Assembly: GCA_041743405.1 (NCBI GenBank)
Contig: JBGTMU010000172.1
Coordinates: forward strand, 1-27,135
Direction: 5' to 3'
DNA length: 27,135 nucleotides
Source of the DNA: Longimicrobiales bacterium
GTDB taxonomy: Bacteria > Gemmatimonadota > Gemmatimonadetes > Longimicrobiales > Gaopeijiaceae
Shown here: positions 24,714 through 27,135 of the stretch, one piece after another
Position numbering within the stretch: position 1 is the stretch's first letter
How the letters are laid out: every line of letters begins with the position of its first letter
Notes under the pieces: model-generated
What the model saw: the letters and a program-made list of their open reading frames with translations, nothing else
What the model was told of the DNA's origin: nothing
The model's database searches: none
Made by a program: the position numbers and the translations under genes

Positions 24714-25895
24714 ATGACCGACGAGACCGTCTCACCCCCCACCCCTCCGCGGTCCCGCGGCACCTCGGGAATCGTGCTCGGCTCCGTCTTCGGGTTCGAA
24801 ATCTCCCTCGATTATTCCTGGTTCATAATCTTCTTCCTGATCCTGGGGACGTTCGCCGGTGCCGTCTTCCCCGCGCACGCCCCCGGGCTGGACCGCCTCT
24901 TCTATCTGGGCATGGGGCTCGCAGGCGCCCTCCTCTTTTTCACCTCTCTTCTGCTGCACGAGCTCGCGCACGCGTTCATGGCCCGGGCCCGCGGGATCGA
25001 GGTCGAGGGGATCACGCTCTTCATCTTCGGGGGGATGGCGCGCACGTCCAGGGAGGCATCCACACCGGGAGACGAGTTCCTGATCGCGGGCGTGGGGCCT
25101 CTCGCTTCCTTCGCCCTTGCGGCGCTCTTCTGGGGGACGGCGATCCTCGGCAGCCGGATGGGACTCGGGCTCGAGATCACCGTAGTGGCGGAGTACCTCG
25201 GCTTCCTCAACCTCGTGCTCGCAATCTTCAACCTCCTTCCCGGGTTCCCGCTGGACGGAGGGCGACTCCTGAGGGCGGGGCTCTGGAAAGCCACTGGATC
25301 CATGCGGCGCGCTACCCGGATCGCGGCGGGGGCGGGGCGGGCGCTCGGATGGGTGATCATCGGACTCGGGGTCTATTCGCTTCTCGTGGGTGGGGCCTTC
25401 ATCGGGGGGCTCTGGCTCGTCTTCATCGGGTGGTTCCTGGGGAACGCCGCCCGAATGAGCTATCAGCAGGTGCTCCTCCAGGAGATGTTCGCACCTCTGA
25501 CGGCCTCGCAGGCGATGTCAGGTGCGCCGGAGACGGTAGGACCCGACGTCTCGATCGATGACCTGGTTCACGATTACTTCCTGCGCCGCCCCTTCAGCGC
25601 CTTCCCGGTCACTGACGACGGCGCGCTCGAGGGGCTCGTGACCCTGGCCCAGGTGAGGGCTCTTCCCCGGGATGGCTGGCATGATCTGACCGTGGCCGAC
25701 ATCATGAGTCCACTCTCCGAGATCCTCACGGCCGGTCCGGATGACCCGATGCTCGACGTGCTCGCAGCGATGCGCGCGGCCGACTCCCGGCGTGTGCTGG
25801 TCGTGCGGGGCGAGGACCTCCTCGGTATCATTTCTGCCACCGACGTGGCTCGGTGGCTCGATCTCGTTGGACTACTGGATGAGGGCAAACGATGA
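24714..25895 (+). CDS. Site-2 protease family (M50) intramembrane zinc metalloprotease with tandem C-terminal CBS domains
   Basis: 393 aa. HExxH is LLHELAHAF in a TM helix. Third zinc-ligand motif NLLPGFPLDGGRLL. Multiple TM helices. C-terminal CBS pair (VTDDGALEGLVTLAQV..., LVVRGEDLLGIISATDV). Confidence 0.85.
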   Translation: MTDETVSPPTPPRSRGTSGIVLGSVFGFEISLDYSWFIIFFLILGTFAGAVFPAHAPGLDRLFYLGMGLAGALLFFTSLLLHELAHAFMARARGIEVEGITLFIFGGMARTSREASTPGDEFLIAGVGPLASFALAALFWGTAILGSRMGLGLEITVVAEYLGFLNLVLAIFNLLPGFPLDGGRLLRAGLWKATGSMRRATRIAAGAGRALGWVIIGLGVYSLLVGGAFIGGLWLVFIGWFLGNAARMSYQQVLLQEMFAPLTASQAMSGAPETVGPDVSIDDLVHDYFLRRPFSAFPVTDDGALEGLVTLAQVRALPRDGWHDLTVADIMSPLSEILTAGPDDPMLDVLAAMRAADSRRVLVVRGEDLLGIISATDVARWLDLVGLLDEGKR

Positions 25896-26758
25896 GTGAA
25901 AAGGGGGGGAAGGGACAGGAAATCCCATTCGACCGGCTTCCTCCCGGGTTCGCGGAGAAGGTGGGGCTCCCCGTGGAGTCCCCGGCTTTCCCCAGACCTG
26001 CGGCAACCGTGGTCGTGATGCGGGACGGAGAGGCCGCGCTCGAAGTGCTCCTGCTGCGCCGCACACGATCGGCGGGGTTTGTCCCGGGTGCCTATGTCTT
26101 TCCGGGAGGCAGAGTCGATGAGGCGGATGGCTCGCCGGAGCTCCTCCTGCGTCTGACTGGCGACGATGCCGCATGGTGGGCGGGCCGGCTCGAGCTGCCG
26201 GACGACGCCACCCCACCGGCTGCGGCCTACCTGATGGCGGCACTCCGGGAGACCTTCGAGGAAACCGGGATCCTGCTCGCACGCGCTACAGGGGGTGCAT
26301 TCGCCCCTGCCTCGGCGGGCGATTCGAAGACCGAACAGCTTCGCGATGCTCTACAGGAGGGAAGCCGGAGCTTCGGGGACGTCCTGAGGGAGCTGGACGT
26401 GATGCTGGAGGATGCCGCGGCCGAGTACATCGCGCACTGGGTCACGCCAGAGGCCGAACCGCGACGCTACGATACGAGGTTCTTCGCGGTCCGGGTCCCG
26501 CGCGAGATCCCGGTTCAGGTCGATCTCGGTGAGATCGTGGACCACCGCTGGCTCACTCCGCGTGCAGCACTCGACGAGTATCGTGCGGGTCGGCTCCCGA
26601 TGGTTTTCCCTACGATCCACACGCTGGACGAGCTCACCCTCTTCGAATCGGCTACCGAAGCGCTCGCGCATTACCGGGCCCGACGCATCCCGATGATAAT
26701 GCCGCGGCTCGTTCGCACCCCGACCGGGGTAGGAATCGAGGTCCCCGACCCTGAGTGA
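25892..26758 (+). CDS. NUDIX hydrolase
   Basis: 288 aa. Nudix box FPGGRVDEADGSP...ALRETFEETGILL (GX5EX7REUXEEXGU pattern). The ATG overlaps the upstream stop (ATGA), indicating translational coupling with the S2P gene. Confidence 0.8.
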   Translation: MSEKGGKGQEIPFDRLPPGFAEKVGLPVESPAFPRPAATVVVMRDGEAALEVLLLRRTRSAGFVPGAYVFPGGRVDEADGSPELLLRLTGDDAAWWAGRLELPDDATPPAAAYLMAALRETFEETGILLARATGGAFAPASAGDSKTEQLRDALQEGSRSFGDVLRELDVMLEDAAAEYIAHWVTPEAEPRRYDTRFFAVRVPREIPVQVDLGEIVDHRWLTPRAALDEYRAGRLPMVFPTIHTLDELTLFESATEALAHYRARRIPMIMPRLVRTPTGVGIEVPDPE

Positions 26759-26766
26759 ACCCGCCA

Positions 26767-27135
26767 TGCCGGAACCGATCGAGTCACCCCAGCCCACCAC
26801 CCCCATCCTGACAGGTGCGGGAACCCCCGGGAACGTCGGACGCCCGCAACGGATGACGGCGCTCCTCTGCGGCATCGTGGTCTTGGGGACGATTTTCGTG
26901 CTCTTCCCGGCAGGGGTGCCGGCCGGGAGTCCGGTTCCAGAGGATGGAGTCGTGAGCGCGGCCGCGGAAGAGCAGACCCCTCCCGATCCGATCGCGCTCT
27001 ACCTCGCCGCTCCCCCGCAGGACACGGCAGTCGTTCGTGAGGCGCTCGAAGCGCTGGAAGAGGCGATCGAGATCTGGCGGGACGGCTCGCGCACGGAGGG
27101 AGCGCGACGCGCCGACGAGGCGCTCGGCCGGCTCC
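26767..27135 (+). CDS. Hypothetical protein, partial (continues beyond the right edge), predicted N-terminal TM anchor
   Basis: Open frame from ATG 26767 to the window end with no stop, which is why it is absent from the ORF track: MPEPIESPQPTTPILTGAGTPGNVGRPQRMTALLCGIVVLGTIFVLFPAGVP... The alternative antisense ORF 26351..26875 overlaps the NUDIX gene and is rejected. Confidence 0.4.

Noticed and set aside
1-27135. tRNA, rRNA, CRISPR, IS element or integrase
   Set aside because: No cloverleaf-like or rRNA-like sequence was recognised. There is no repeat-spacer architecture, no terminal inverted repeats, and no transposase- or integrase-like ORF. The only tandem repeats are the in-frame 30-bp coding repeat and the 21-nt leader repeat.

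Overview
This is a high-GC (roughly 68-70%) bacterial chromosomal window with dense coding on both strands. I found no rRNA, tRNA, CRISPR array or obvious transposase or integrase. About 25 protein-coding genes can be supported.

Gene order, with '<' marking the minus strand:
- a partial hypothetical gene running off the left edge (<; missed by the ORF track)
- a membrane-anchored Hanks-type Ser/Thr kinase with a large C-terminal TPR-like ectodomain
- a 66-aa ORF made of five tandem decapeptide repeats
- a small 4-TM membrane protein (<)
- a translationally coupled pair: a cytoplasmic astacin-like metzincin followed by a TPR-like/all-alpha N-domain fused to a trypsin-like serine protease
- a lipoprotein amidohydrolase (<) co-transcribed with an NRAMP/MntH metal transporter (<)
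- a YpdA-family flavoprotein disulfide reductase
- a secreted two-lobed retropepsin-like aspartic protease with a C-terminal PDZ domain
- a DUF3500 secreted protein
- an NfeD-like protein and a flotillin/SPFH protein (operon)
- a SAM-dependent methyltransferase (<)
- MgtE (<)
- a YgfZ-like folate-binding protein (<) coupled to a SirB1-like transglutaminase/TPR protein (<)
- a lipoprotein coupled to a Cys-type SelD
- Lon protease (<) carrying a roughly 95-aa acidic insertion
- a site-2 protease (M50) with CBS domains, coupled to a NUDIX hydrolase
- a partial ORF at the right edge

Many long ORFs in the six-frame track are antisense artefacts of the high GC content (for example the 1062-aa ORF at 9337..12525) and are rejected.

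The most interesting candidate is the 1.0-7.2 kb block. It contains the kinase, a repeat peptide whose five copies differ almost only at synonymous third positions (so it is translated and under selection), a small membrane protein, and a tightly coupled metzincin plus TPR-like-trypsin protease pair with no signal peptides. I do not recognise this combination as a described system. I flag it as a candidate signalling, proteolytic or conflict module, on inference only.
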